Shown: one piece after another, positions 1 through 8,963 of the stretch
Layout of the letters: each line of letters starts with the position of its first letter
Numbering within the stretch: the first letter of the stretch is position 1
Source of the DNA: Acidobacteriota bacterium
Lineage (GTDB): Bacteria > Acidobacteriota > UBA890 > WLXD01
Reading direction: 5' to 3'
NCBI GenBank assembly: GCA_963666215.2
Contig: CAXWPL010000001.1
Span: forward strand, 64,001 to 128,000
DNA length: 64,000 nt
Program-made: the position numbers and the translations under genes
Notes under the pieces: model-generated
Told to the model about the DNA's origin: nothing
Database searches by the model: none
The model's input: only the letters and a program-made list of their open reading frames with translations

Positions 1-126
1 CGCGTCGGCTGGTTGATCGTTCTGATCATCGCGGCGTTTCCGCTCATCGTGGCCGGAAACGCGATCTACGTCTTATTTGTACGCGATCGCGATAGCCGCA
101 GCACGTCACCGGCGAGCCGCCGATGA
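1..126 (+). CDS. 3' end of a small membrane protein, likely partner of the downstream symporter (partial, runs off the window)
   Basis: Frame 1 is open: RVGWLIVLIIAAFPLIVAGNAIYVLFVRDRDSRSTSPASRR*. One hydrophobic helix; its TGA overlaps the symporter ATG (ATGA at 123-126). Confidence 0.6.
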   Translation, partial: RVGWLIVLIIAAFPLIVAGNAIYVLFVRDRDSRSTSPASRR

Positions 127-1601
127 GCTGGCTGAGCGCCAACGCACTACCTCTGCTCGTGCTCGGCGGCTACATGTGTGTGGTCATGGTCCACGGCTGG
201 CACGGCCATCGCAGCACCAAGGGCCTCACCGACTACACCATCGGCGGGCGCGCGATGGGGGGCGGCACGCTGGCGCTTTCTTTCTACGCCACCTACTTTT
301 CGACCAACAGCTTTGTGGGGTTCGCTGGCAAATCGTTCGATGTCGGGTTCGCTTGGCTGGGCATGGGATTGATCTTGCTCGCCTTCGCGGTGGTCTCGTG
401 GCACGTCGTCGCGCCTCGCCTGCGCGCCGACAGCGAGCGACATGACGCGCTTACGGTCGCCGACTACCTCGCCTGCCACTACCGTTCCGACACCGTTCGT
501 TGGGTCGCGGCCGTTGTCGTGTTGTTCTCGTCGCTGATCTACATGACTGCGATCTTCAAGGGTGCCGGGAACACGATTGAGGCTTTCCTGGGGCTGCAGT
601 ATGAGATCGCCATCCTGCTCGTCCTGATCATCGTCGTTCTCTACACTGCCTTCGGAGGTTTCATCTCCGTCGTCCAGACGGACGCTTTCCAGGGCGGACT
701 CATGCTTGTGAGCGGTGTCTACATGCTCTACGCCGTCCTGCGCGCCGGGGGCGGCCTGACGTCGTTGCTGGAGCGTGTGGGTTCGACGCCCGGAACAGCG
801 CCGGACGGTCGCGCCTTGGGGGAGGCGTTACTGGCCAGCAGCGGCACGATGACCTGGCCTGTTCTTCTCGGCGTGGCCTGTGCCGGTGGGGCCAAGTTCC
901 TCGTTGAGCCGCGTCAACTGATGCGCTTCTTCGCCTTGCGCGACGATGCTGCGCTGCGCCGGGCCATGATCCTGGCGCCGGCGGCGATTGGCCTCTCGTA
1001 CCTCTGTTTGCTGCCCCTCGGCGTGCTCGCGCGCGGCCTACTCGCGCCGGGCGTCGTAACCGATACCGACCGCGTGATCCCCGCTCTGCTCACCGACCCC
1101 AGCGTCGTTGCGCCGCTTGCCGGGGCGATCATCTTGACCACGCTGATCGCGGCGGCCATGTCGTCGCTCGATTCCGTCCTGCTGGTTGTGGCCGCGACTT
1201 TCCAGCGCGACGTCGTCGAAGTGGCTCGCGGTCGTGTACCCGACGCTACCGCTCTGCGGCACTCGCGTTGGTACGTCGTGATCTTCGCGGTGGTGACGGC
1301 CGTCGTCGCCCTCAATCCTCCGGGCGATATTCTCTCGCTGACGATCTTCTCGGGAAGCCTGTACGCCGCCTGCTTCGGGCCACCGCTCTTTGGCGCCCTC
1401 TACCGTGCCGGGCCGACGGCAACAGGAGCGCTAGCGGCCATGATTACCGGTGTGATCGCCGTTCCGGTTTGGGCCAACTTCGCGCGCCGCGGGATCTTGG
1501 CCGACGTGCACGAGATCTTCCCGGCGGTCGCTATCGCGACCACCGTCTACTTCCTTGCGCCCCGGGCAGGGGAGGCACGAGGCTCTGTGCCATCCCGCTA
1601 G
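123..1601 (+). CDS. Sodium:solute symporter family (PanF/PutP-like)
   Basis: 492 aa, about 13 hydrophobic segments, SSS motifs DYTIGGR, LSFYATYFSTNSFVG, YTAFGGFISVVQTDAFQG, AAAMSSLDS. Confidence 0.9.
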   Translation: MSWLSANALPLLVLGGYMCVVMVHGWHGHRSTKGLTDYTIGGRAMGGGTLALSFYATYFSTNSFVGFAGKSFDVGFAWLGMGLILLAFAVVSWHVVAPRLRADSERHDALTVADYLACHYRSDTVRWVAAVVVLFSSLIYMTAIFKGAGNTIEAFLGLQYEIAILLVLIIVVLYTAFGGFISVVQTDAFQGGLMLVSGVYMLYAVLRAGGGLTSLLERVGSTPGTAPDGRALGEALLASSGTMTWPVLLGVACAGGAKFLVEPRQLMRFFALRDDAALRRAMILAPAAIGLSYLCLLPLGVLARGLLAPGVVTDTDRVIPALLTDPSVVAPLAGAIILTTLIAAAMSSLDSVLLVVAATFQRDVVEVARGRVPDATALRHSRWYVVIFAVVTAVVALNPPGDILSLTIFSGSLYAACFGPPLFGALYRAGPTATGALAAMITGVIAVPVWANFARRGILADVHEIFPAVAIATTVYFLAPRAGEARGSVPSR

Positions 1602-1632
1602 AGTCCCCGGGACTGATCCAACTGAGCTTTCG

Positions 1633-2037
1633 CTACTCGATTCCGAGCTTGGCCACGGCGTCGGTCGGATCGGCGACCTTGAAGATGCAGAGCGCCTTGG
1701 AGTTACCCGAGACTGCAGTGGCGTAGGCGTACTCGACGTTGATTCCCGCTTCCGCCAGATTGACGGCAACCTTGCCCAAGGCGCCGGGCTCGTCGGCGAC
1801 GTGGACGCCCAGCACGTCGACGGTAGAAAACGGGAGATCGGCCGACCGCAAGGCTTCTTCGCCACCCTCGACGTCCGACACGATCATCCTCACCACGCCG
1901 TACTCGCTTCCCTCCGACGTGGCCATCGCCCGTAGATCAATGCCATGGTTCTCGAGCGCGTTGCATAGCGTAGCGAGACGACCGGGGACATTCTCGAGAA
2001 AAACGCTGATCTGGCGCATGACGGGCATCGGTGGCAA
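1633..2037 (-). CDS. Tandem ACT-domain protein
   Basis: QISVFLENVPGRL and VADEPGALGKVAVNLAEAGINVEYAY are two ACT repeats; true start may be the Met of MRQISVF. Confidence 0.85.
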   Translation of the reverse strand: MPPMPVMRQISVFLENVPGRLATLCNALENHGIDLRAMATSEGSEYGVVRMIVSDVEGGEEALRSADLPFSTVDVLGVHVADEPGALGKVAVNLAEAGINVEYAYATAVSGNSKALCIFKVADPTDAVAKLGIE

Positions 2038-2049
2038 CGACTCCTTGGC

Positions 2050-2757
2050 TTACTCGGTTTGTTGATGGGTGTTGGCTGAGTCGGTCGCCGCCTCTGAGCG
2101 GCGATCGGCGACTTCGACGAAAACTCCCGCGGCCGCGACCGTACCGACGTGGTGCGTGTTGCCGCCGACCTCCACCGTGATCGGACCGTCGTGCGTGCCT
2201 TTCGCAGTCACCGCGATCGGCGCGTCGGGCTTGATGCCCACATCGTGGTAGAACCGCAGCAATTCGGCATCGCGGTCGCGAACACGCCGCACAATGCCGT
2301 GTTGGCCTGCGGCCAGCTCGACAAGAGTCGGCAGCTGCTCCTCCTGCATGCGGCCGTCGCGTCCCGGAATCGGTGCTCCATGCGGGTCGGTGCGCGGACG
2401 CTTCAACAGCTGGTCGAGTGCTTCGATAAAGCGGGCGCTCACGGCATGCTCGAGGCGCTCCGCCTCCTCGTGCACCTCGTCCCACGGGTACCCGAGAGCC
2501 TCGCTGAGAAAGCGCTCGATGAGGCGGTGGCGCCGAATCATGCGACGTGCCAGCCGCTCGCCGTCGTCGGTTAGCCGCGCACCACGATACGGCTCGTAGG
2601 TGATGAGGCCGAGCGTGTCGAGGCGTCGCATCATGTTGCTTACCGACGAAGGCCGGATTCCGAGGCGATCGGCGAGCGCCGATGTCTGAACCGCCTTGTC
2701 GTCGTCGGCAAGCTTGAAGATTGCTTTGATGTAGTCCTCGATCGACTGTGTCGACAT
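2050..2757 (-). CDS. DtxR/MntR/IdeR-family metal-dependent repressor with C-terminal FeoA-like domain
   Basis: EDYIKAI, SSVSNMMRRL helix-turn-helix, RRHRLIERFL, EAERLEH, PRTDPHGAPIP. Confidence 0.92.
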   Translation of the reverse strand: MSTQSIEDYIKAIFKLADDDKAVQTSALADRLGIRPSSVSNMMRRLDTLGLITYEPYRGARLTDDGERLARRMIRRHRLIERFLSEALGYPWDEVHEEAERLEHAVSARFIEALDQLLKRPRTDPHGAPIPGRDGRMQEEQLPTLVELAAGQHGIVRRVRDRDAELLRFYHDVGIKPDAPIAVTAKGTHDGPITVEVGGNTHHVGTVAAAGVFVEVADRRSEAATDSANTHQQTE

Positions 2758-2769
2758 CGGGCTGCTCTG

Positions 2770-4218
2770 CTATCCCGGGGGCGATGTGAAACTCCACCTG
2801 CCAGCGGCTTCGGCGAGCTCCGGTTCGTCGATGAGCGTCAGCCTACCATCGCGAAGGATTTCCTGTCCCGCCACCATGACGTGGCGAATCGCGCCGCGCG
2901 CGGCCATGGCGTTGACGATGTTGTGCAGCAGGGCCTCCGGATCCATATCGTGGTGCGGCAGTAGGGATAGATCGTTGGTGTCGACCACGACACAATCGGC
3001 CCAATAGCCTGGCGCCAGCCGCCCGACCTTCAGGCCGAGGACCTCGCCACCGTTCGAGGTGCCCATTTCGAGACAGTAGTTGGCGGTTTCGGCGCGATCA
3101 GCGGCGGCGGGGGTGACGACGTTCATGCGCAGCTTGTCGACTCGCTGCAGCCACTCGGCGAAGCGCATTTCCTGCCAGATGTTCACCTGGTGGTTGGCGC
3201 ATGGGCCGTCGCAGCCCAGCGCCACCGTGACTCCGGCAGCGATCATGGCGTCGATGTCGGTAATCCCGTCGCCGAGTGCCATGTTGCTGATCGGGTTGTA
3301 GGCGAGCTTGGCGCCCGCCTGGCCGAGCATCGCGATTTCTTCGCCGTCGAGCCACACGCCGTGCACCACGCACAAGCGCTCGGAGACGACGCCGAGCTTC
3401 TCGAGCACGCGACCGGGGGTCGTTCCGTAGTGCTGGCGCGCGAAGTCGACGTCGTGCGCTTCTTCCGCGATGTGGATCTGGAACGGTCGGTCGAGCTCGG
3501 CCGCTAGCTGAGCCGCCGCCGCGATGCCTTCCGCGGTGGCGCCGTGCAATGAGTGGGGGGCGATCGAGACCGTTACTGCCTGGTCGCTGCTGTACGTATC
3601 GCGAAGCTCACGAGTCGCTTCGATTGCGACGTCGGCGGGCTCGTAGAAGCGGCGTTGCCCGGCCTTGGCCGCGCGATCGTACAGGCAACGCAGCAAGTGG
3701 GTCCGTAACCCGACACGACGCGCAGCGGCGACCACGAGCCTCGAGTTCGTGTTGCCGCCCTCGGCGCAGCTCCCGGATACGGGATCTCGTGGTTCGTTGT
3801 GTACGTAGAAGAACTCGCCGACGGTGGTGACGCCGTTCTTCACCATCTCGGCGAAAGCCAGCGTCGAGCCCAGCTCGAGCTCTTCGGCGGTGATGTTCAG
3901 CGATAATGGGTAGAGGTAGTTGTCGACCCAGTCGCGAAAGTCGCTGGCGGCGTCGGAGCGGCCGCGCAACAGCACCTGGAACGCGTGACTGTGGGCGTTC
4001 ACCGCTCCCGGCACCAGCGCCCCCTCGTAGCGGATCTTCTCGGTTGCCGCGGGGCAGGACGGATCGTTTCGCGGACCCGCCCTGGCGATGCGACCGGCCT
4101 CGTCGACCCACAGCGCGCAGTCGCGTCGCAGCTTGCCGTCGATCAGGATGAGGTCGGCCGTGATCTCTCGTAGCCGCCGAGCGGCGTTGTGGTCGGGCTG
4201 CGGCCTGCTGCCGGTCAA
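2770..4218 (-). CDS. Metal-dependent amidohydrolase, formimidoylglutamate deiminase (HutF)/deaminase-like
   Basis: NAHSHAFQ (HxH), GVTTVGEFFY, APHSL, HIAE, VHG, LGCDG. Start re-called at TTG 4218, overlapping the pyk stop (TTGA); the ORF-track extension lies inside pyk. Confidence 0.8.
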   Translation of the reverse strand: MTGSRPQPDHNAARRLREITADLILIDGKLRRDCALWVDEAGRIARAGPRNDPSCPAATEKIRYEGALVPGAVNAHSHAFQVLLRGRSDAASDFRDWVDNYLYPLSLNITAEELELGSTLAFAEMVKNGVTTVGEFFYVHNEPRDPVSGSCAEGGNTNSRLVVAAARRVGLRTHLLRCLYDRAAKAGQRRFYEPADVAIEATRELRDTYSSDQAVTVSIAPHSLHGATAEGIAAAAQLAAELDRPFQIHIAEEAHDVDFARQHYGTTPGRVLEKLGVVSERLCVVHGVWLDGEEIAMLGQAGAKLAYNPISNMALGDGITDIDAMIAAGVTVALGCDGPCANHQVNIWQEMRFAEWLQRVDKLRMNVVTPAAADRAETANYCLEMGTSNGGEVLGLKVGRLAPGYWADCVVVDTNDLSLLPHHDMDPEALLHNIVNAMAARGAIRHVMVAGQEILRDGRLTLIDEPELAEAAGRWSFTSPPG

Positions 4219-5738
4219 TCGGATGGCCCGGTGAACAGGCGGGGCTCGCCGATGGTCTCCTCGAGCCAGCTCGCCGTGCCGTCCACGATTCGCTCGCCGA
4301 TCTGTTTCACGGTCACCGTGTTGGTCGAGCCAGGTCCGCCCACCGGGAAGCCGGCCGTGATGACCACCAGGTCGTCCTCTTCCAGAAGGCCTGCGTCCAT
4401 CGCGGTCCGCTCGGCTTCGGCCAGCATCGCTTCGTGTGTGGGGACCTCGTGCCCCTGCAACGGCAGCACACCCCAGGTGAGCGTCAAGCGTCCGACGCTG
4501 ATGGGGTGAGTGCTGATCGCCAGGATGCGTTGCGTTGGCCGGAAAGAGGCGATCTTGATGGCGGTGCTCCCGGTTCGCGTGGGAATGAGCAGCGCGTCGG
4601 CGTTGAGGTGGCGTGCTACGAAGCAGGCGGCCGCCGCAACGGAGTCGGGGACCGATTGGCGCCTCTCCGGGGGCAGCGTGTGCGGTGCGGCGTTCTGCAT
4701 CATGTCGCGCTCGGTCGCCACACAAATGCGATGCATGATCCGCACCGTGGCCACCGGGTAGCTCCCCACGGCAGTTTCCTCCGAGAGCATCACGGCGTCG
4801 GTGCCGTCGTAGAGCGCATTGGCGACATCCGTGGTCTCGGCGCGCGTCGGCCGCTGCGCCGACACCATCGAGCGCAGCATCTGCGTGGCCGTGATCACCG
4901 GCTTGCCGGCGGCGTTGGCCAGTCGGATGATCCGTTTTTGCACCTGCGGGATCATCTCGAGTGGCATCGCGACGGCGAGGTCGCCGCGCGCCACCAGCAA
5001 CCCGTCGGACTCCTCGAGAATTGCCTCGAGCTGTTCCACGGCCTCCGGACGCTCGATCTTGGCGATCAGCGGCACGGAACCGCCACAGGCCAGGATCGCG
5101 TCACGCGCGGCGCGGATGTCCTCGCGGCTGCGCACGAACGACAGCGCGATGAAATCAACACCGATCTCGAGACCGATCTCGAGGGCAGCGCGGTCCTCAT
5201 CGGTCAGACCGGGGAAGTCGAGTGGGCGCATCGGAAGCGTCAGCCCCTTACGGCTCGAAAGAGGGCCCCCGGCGATGACTTCGCAGGTAATGAGCTCGGG
5301 GTCGGAATGGCGGACTTCCAGCTCGGCATCGCCGTCGCCAAGGACGATCCGGTCTCCCGGCCTGACCTGACTGGCGAGCTCGAGGTAATCGACCGACGCC
5401 TCGAGCGCGTTGCCGACCCTGTCACCCATATGTATTCGGAACGTCGATCCGGTGCGCAGTTCCACGGGCTCGCCGTCCGGCGAGGCGATCTCACCAACCC
5501 GGAGCTTGGGCCCTGGCAGGTCCTGGAGAATGCCGATGGGGCGCCCGTGCTCCTGGCTGATCTGGCGCAGCAGCTCCACCCGTTCCCGGTGCCAGGCCGG
5601 GCTTCCGTGCGAGAAATTCAGACGTGCGACGTCCATGCCGGCGGTTACGAGACTCTCGAGGCTCTCGCGCGACTCCGTGGCCGGGCCGATCGTGCACACG
5701 ATCTTCGTGCGGCGTGAACTGCGAATGCTTGGCTTCAA
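4215..5738 (-). CDS. pyk: Pyruvate kinase
   Basis: RRTKIVCTIGPA, ARLNFSHG, IAKIER, VARGDL, ITATQML, RPTRAE, DAVMLSEETAVG. Start re-called at TTG 5738 (TTGA overlap). Confidence 0.97.
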   Translation of the reverse strand: MKPSIRSSRRTKIVCTIGPATESRESLESLVTAGMDVARLNFSHGSPAWHRERVELLRQISQEHGRPIGILQDLPGPKLRVGEIASPDGEPVELRTGSTFRIHMGDRVGNALEASVDYLELASQVRPGDRIVLGDGDAELEVRHSDPELITCEVIAGGPLSSRKGLTLPMRPLDFPGLTDEDRAALEIGLEIGVDFIALSFVRSREDIRAARDAILACGGSVPLIAKIERPEAVEQLEAILEESDGLLVARGDLAVAMPLEMIPQVQKRIIRLANAAGKPVITATQMLRSMVSAQRPTRAETTDVANALYDGTDAVMLSEETAVGSYPVATVRIMHRICVATERDMMQNAAPHTLPPERRQSVPDSVAAAACFVARHLNADALLIPTRTGSTAIKIASFRPTQRILAISTHPISVGRLTLTWGVLPLQGHEVPTHEAMLAEAERTAMDAGLLEEDDLVVITAGFPVGGPGSTNTVTVKQIGERIVDGTASWLEETIGEPRLFTGPSD

Positions 5739-6154
5739 TCCATGATCTCCGGGGCCGGGCCTAGCCCGTCGTGCGGCGCGGGGTCTTCTTCGATCCAGGG
5801 AAACTCGTAGGGCTCGAACATGTCGATCAGCTGCACCTTCACTCGCCGTGGGTAGTCGGGTGGCACGGCGAACCACACCCCCGCCATGTCGGGCCGCCCC
5901 GCCTGCACCTGCACCAGGCGCACCGTTCCTTGGAAGAAGTCTGCTCCTTCACGGGTGCCGAGCAGGGCGCTCAGCACGTCCCCGCCGAGCGTCTCTCCCC
6001 AGAGCCGCGCAATCTCGCGCATGACCGTTTTGAGGGCGAGCACAGTCTCCGGCAGCACTCGACAGGGACAGAATACGAGCCCATGTCCGCCGATCTCGAA
6101 CGGCCTCGTAAGCGCTTCGATGCGATCTGCAGTCCGACGGCTTATTCGCTCCAC
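5735..6154 (-). CDS. Hypothetical protein (139 aa)
   Basis: Fills the gap between the HAD gene and pyk, overlaps both, protein-like composition; no recognisable motif. Confidence 0.6.
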   Translation of the reverse strand: MERISRRTADRIEALTRPFEIGGHGLVFCPCRVLPETVLALKTVMREIARLWGETLGGDVLSALLGTREGADFFQGTVRLVQVQAGRPDMAGVWFAVPPDYPRRVKVQLIDMFEPYEFPWIEEDPAPHDGLGPAPEIMD

Positions 6155-6894
6155 GAAGTTGCCTCGGTAGCGGCGACCCGACGAGCCGGCGTGCTCGCGA
6201 GCCCGAGAAGTGTGCCGAGCTCGCGCGGATCGCTGATGGTGAAATCAGGAGTGTCCATGGGTGTTGCTGGCGCCATGCGGCTGAACTCGCCGCGGCGCAG
6301 CCAGACCGTTTTCATGCCGAGATGGTTGCCGCTGCGGATCTCACCCACCAACCGGTCGCCGACGCACACGCACCGTTCCGCTTCCAGGTCGTGCCCTTGC
6401 ATCAGATCGACGAACGCGGCGTCCTTGTCCTCGCCTTCGAGCGAGGAGACAAAGCGCATCTCGTCGAATCGCGAGCCAATATCGAGCTGCGCGATCTTGG
6501 CTCGCTGCGTTGCCGGATCGCCGGCGGTGACAAGAAACAGCCGGCACCTGCCTTCGAGTGTGTCGAGCAGCTGTGCGACGCCGGGAAGCGTGCGAATGGC
6601 CGGGACCTCGACAGTGAGGAAGGTCCGACGCCCGATCTCCGCCAGACGATCGACGTCCATATCGGATGCGCCGAAGTGCACGGCGGCGTTGCGAAAGTAG
6701 TCGAGTCCGCGTCCGGCCTGCGCCTGGCGGAGAAGGAACTGTTCGACCTCTGCGATTGCTCCGGGCATTCCGGCGTCGAGCAGTCGGCGGGCGGTAACCC
6801 GAAGCGCCGGATCAACGAGCACGCCCGAGGTATCGATGAGCGTGTCGTCGAGATCGAAGAAGATCGCGTCGATGCGCTCGAGATCGAGTGTCAT
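6142..6894 (-). CDS. HAD-superfamily hydrolase
   Basis: Motif I FDLDDTL, motif II VTAG, motif IV VGDRLVGEI, GMKTVWL; ATG at 6894 with GAGG upstream. Confidence 0.9.
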   Translation of the reverse strand: MTLDLERIDAIFFDLDDTLIDTSGVLVDPALRVTARRLLDAGMPGAIAEVEQFLLRQAQAGRGLDYFRNAAVHFGASDMDVDRLAEIGRRTFLTVEVPAIRTLPGVAQLLDTLEGRCRLFLVTAGDPATQRAKIAQLDIGSRFDEMRFVSSLEGEDKDAAFVDLMQGHDLEAERCVCVGDRLVGEIRSGNHLGMKTVWLRRGEFSRMAPATPMDTPDFTISDPRELGTLLGLASTPARRVAATEATSWSE

Positions 6895-7034
6895 CGAGTA
6901 TTCGCCTCGTGACGGGCAGCTCGGCGAGGGGAGGCCGCGCGTGCCGGCGCGCCAACCCGAACGATCACCAGATCGATGGGTCGAATCCGCAGGGTCAATA
7001 GAGTCCATAGGATGCGGTCTGAGATGCGACACAG

Positions 7035-7048
7035 CAAACACATGTTCG
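7035..7048. promoter_or_regulatory. Possible LexA (Cheo-type) operator
   Basis: CAAAC-ACAT-GTTCG has one mismatch to CGAAC-N4-GTTCG; intergenic, about 140 bp upstream of the HAD gene. Confidence 0.3.
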
Positions 7049-7186
7049 CTTGCCCGCGCCTCGCCTAGGCTCGCTGCTCTCCGCTCGCGACTCGAGAGGC
7101 GGTAGCTGCGGCCGGTGGGGCCTGCCGCCCGACCTGACGACCTTCGGGGAGCCGCTGAGGGCACCCGAGAGAAGCCGCGAGTGGCC

Positions 7187-7820
7187 CTAGTATCCTTCGG
7201 GGGCCTCACCGCCGACGACAACCAGGCCGAAAGCGAGAGGGGCTTCACCGGATTGCGGGAGATCGACTCGCAGCACCCACAGGTCATCGACCCGCCCTAA
7301 CGCTGGCAGCTCAGTGGCGCTCACGTCGCTCGCCGGCCATAGCCCCCACACGAATGCGTGCGTGTTCAGCTCCAGTGCGGCGTCGAGGCCGTCGTCCTGG
7401 CTGATGGGCTCCGCGATGGTTGAATCGTCCAGCGGCACGAGGGCGGCGAAGTCGCGAAAGAACGTCATGCCCGCGTGCGCCCCGTCGAGTGACTGTTGCA
7501 GATAGCGGACGCCGTACAGCCCGGGCGGCACGCTCTGGCCGCGGTAGTCGTCGTGCTCACGATGGACCTGCATGACGCCGAGCAGCGAGCCGATCTCGAT
7601 CATCGGATAGCGCAGAAAGCCGCGCGCCGACTCCCCGGTAGAGGGCGGCAGTTGGCTAATCAGCCTCACGGTCAGAACATCTTCGTCGCCGTCGACCAGC
7701 GTCAGGGCGTCGCCGTCGAGCACCGCGGCGATGGCGTCGGGCAGCGCTTCGAGCGCCGCGGCATCGGCGCGCAGCGAAAAGTTCTCGGCGAGTGGCCTGA
7801 CTGGAAGAGAGGCCACGCTG
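7187..7820 (-). pseudogene. Hypothetical protein, probably 5'-truncated at a deletion junction
   Basis: Open frame with LLGVMQV..DYRGQSVPPGLYGVRY..DGAHAG..RDF; it abuts the truncated Mo-subunit fragment out of frame and has no clear RBS. Confidence 0.55.
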
Positions 7821-8105
7821 GGCGTACGGAGAGCGCACCATCTTCCCGTAGCACATCTCCGGTCGGTTGATGTCGTAGCTGTAGCGCGCCGCGCCCGTCA
7901 CCTTTACGGAGCCGTCGATCCGCTGGATACGGGTCCCGATCAGGCGGCGTTCCTCGGGCCAAGACCACTGCCGTGGTTCGCCGGCTTCCTGGGCCCATGT
8001 GCGGGCTCGTTCGGTGATTGTTGCCGCGGCACCGGTCGGTTCGACCTTGCCGGCGTAGCGATCGCTACGTGGCACCGTGCCCGTCCCCTCGTTCGCTCGG
8101 CTCAT
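7821..8105 (-). pseudogene. N-terminal 95 codons of a xanthine/aldehyde oxidoreductase molybdopterin subunit
   Basis: ATG overlaps the 2Fe-2S gene stop; RLIGTRIQRIDGSVKVTGAARYSYDI..YGKMVRSPYA is the hammerhead-domain start, and the family-like sequence ends abruptly at 7821. Confidence 0.85.
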
Positions 8106-8764
8106 GTCCGCGCCCCGCGCATCTTCGCAGCAACCGCGTCGGTAGCCTGGAAGATCTTTGCATAGGTCCCGCAGCGGCAGATGTTGCCGTCGAGAGCCTT
8201 CTGAATTTGCTCGTGTGGCGGGCTCGAGTTGTTCTGCAGGAGCGTGGTAACCGCGATCACCATCCCGGGCGTACAGAAGCCGCACATGGTGGCGTCGTGC
8301 TCTATGAAGGCCTCTTGAACCGAGCTCAAGCTCTCCGGCGTGCCAAGGCCTTCGATGGTCGTGATTGCCGCTCCCTGCGCTTCGACGGCGAGCACTGAGC
8401 AGCCGTAGATCATCTCGCCGTCGAGCAGCATCGAGCAGGCACCACACGTGGCGCGATCACAAACACGCTTGTTGCCGGTCAAATCGACATACTCGTTGTC
8501 CGGCGTCTTTCCCTGGCGCAGCGCGTCGAGCAGCGTTTCGCGCGGCTCGACGTTCATCTCGATGGTCTCACCGTTGACGTTGAGCGTGACAGGGACCGCT
8601 CCAGGACCATCGACGCGCCCGAGGTTGGGGTCGACGGTTTGCTCGGCTGCCAACGCTTGTGACGCCAGGAGCGTGGTTCCGATGCCACCGGCCCCGACAC
8701 CCTTGATGAACGATCGCCGAGAGACCTCTGGGCGAGGCTCGGCGCCCGGTTTGCGTTTACTCAT
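8102..8764 (-). CDS. Tat-exported (2Fe-2S) subunit of a xanthine/aldehyde oxidoreductase (PaoA/YagT-like)
   Basis: Tat motif SRRSFIK; CDRATCGAC, CGFCTPG and GNICRCGTY cluster motifs. Confidence 0.92.
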   Translation of the reverse strand: MSKRKPGAEPRPEVSRRSFIKGVGAGGIGTTLLASQALAAEQTVDPNLGRVDGPGAVPVTLNVNGETIEMNVEPRETLLDALRQGKTPDNEYVDLTGNKRVCDRATCGACSMLLDGEMIYGCSVLAVEAQGAAITTIEGLGTPESLSSVQEAFIEHDATMCGFCTPGMVIAVTTLLQNNSSPPHEQIQKALDGNICRCGTYAKIFQATDAVAAKMRGART

Positions 8765-8963
8765 TCAGTAGCTCCGAACGGGCCGAGTTACTGGCCCTGC
8801 GAGGGCGTGACGGCGTTCACCGTCAACAAATTCCATGCCGGCGGCCACAGACCTACACCATCAGGCCAACACCTGACAAGTGTGCGGGAGTACTTTCGTT
8901 CGCCGAGAGGCGTTCCGAGCGCCCCGAATCCCTCAGCCCGGCCTTACAGCAAACCCAGCCCTG

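Noticed and set aside
8807-8820. Rex or CRP/FNR-like site GTGA-N6-TCAC upstream of the 2Fe-2S gene
   Set aside because: GC-rich and lacks the flanking TT/AA bases; too weak to call.
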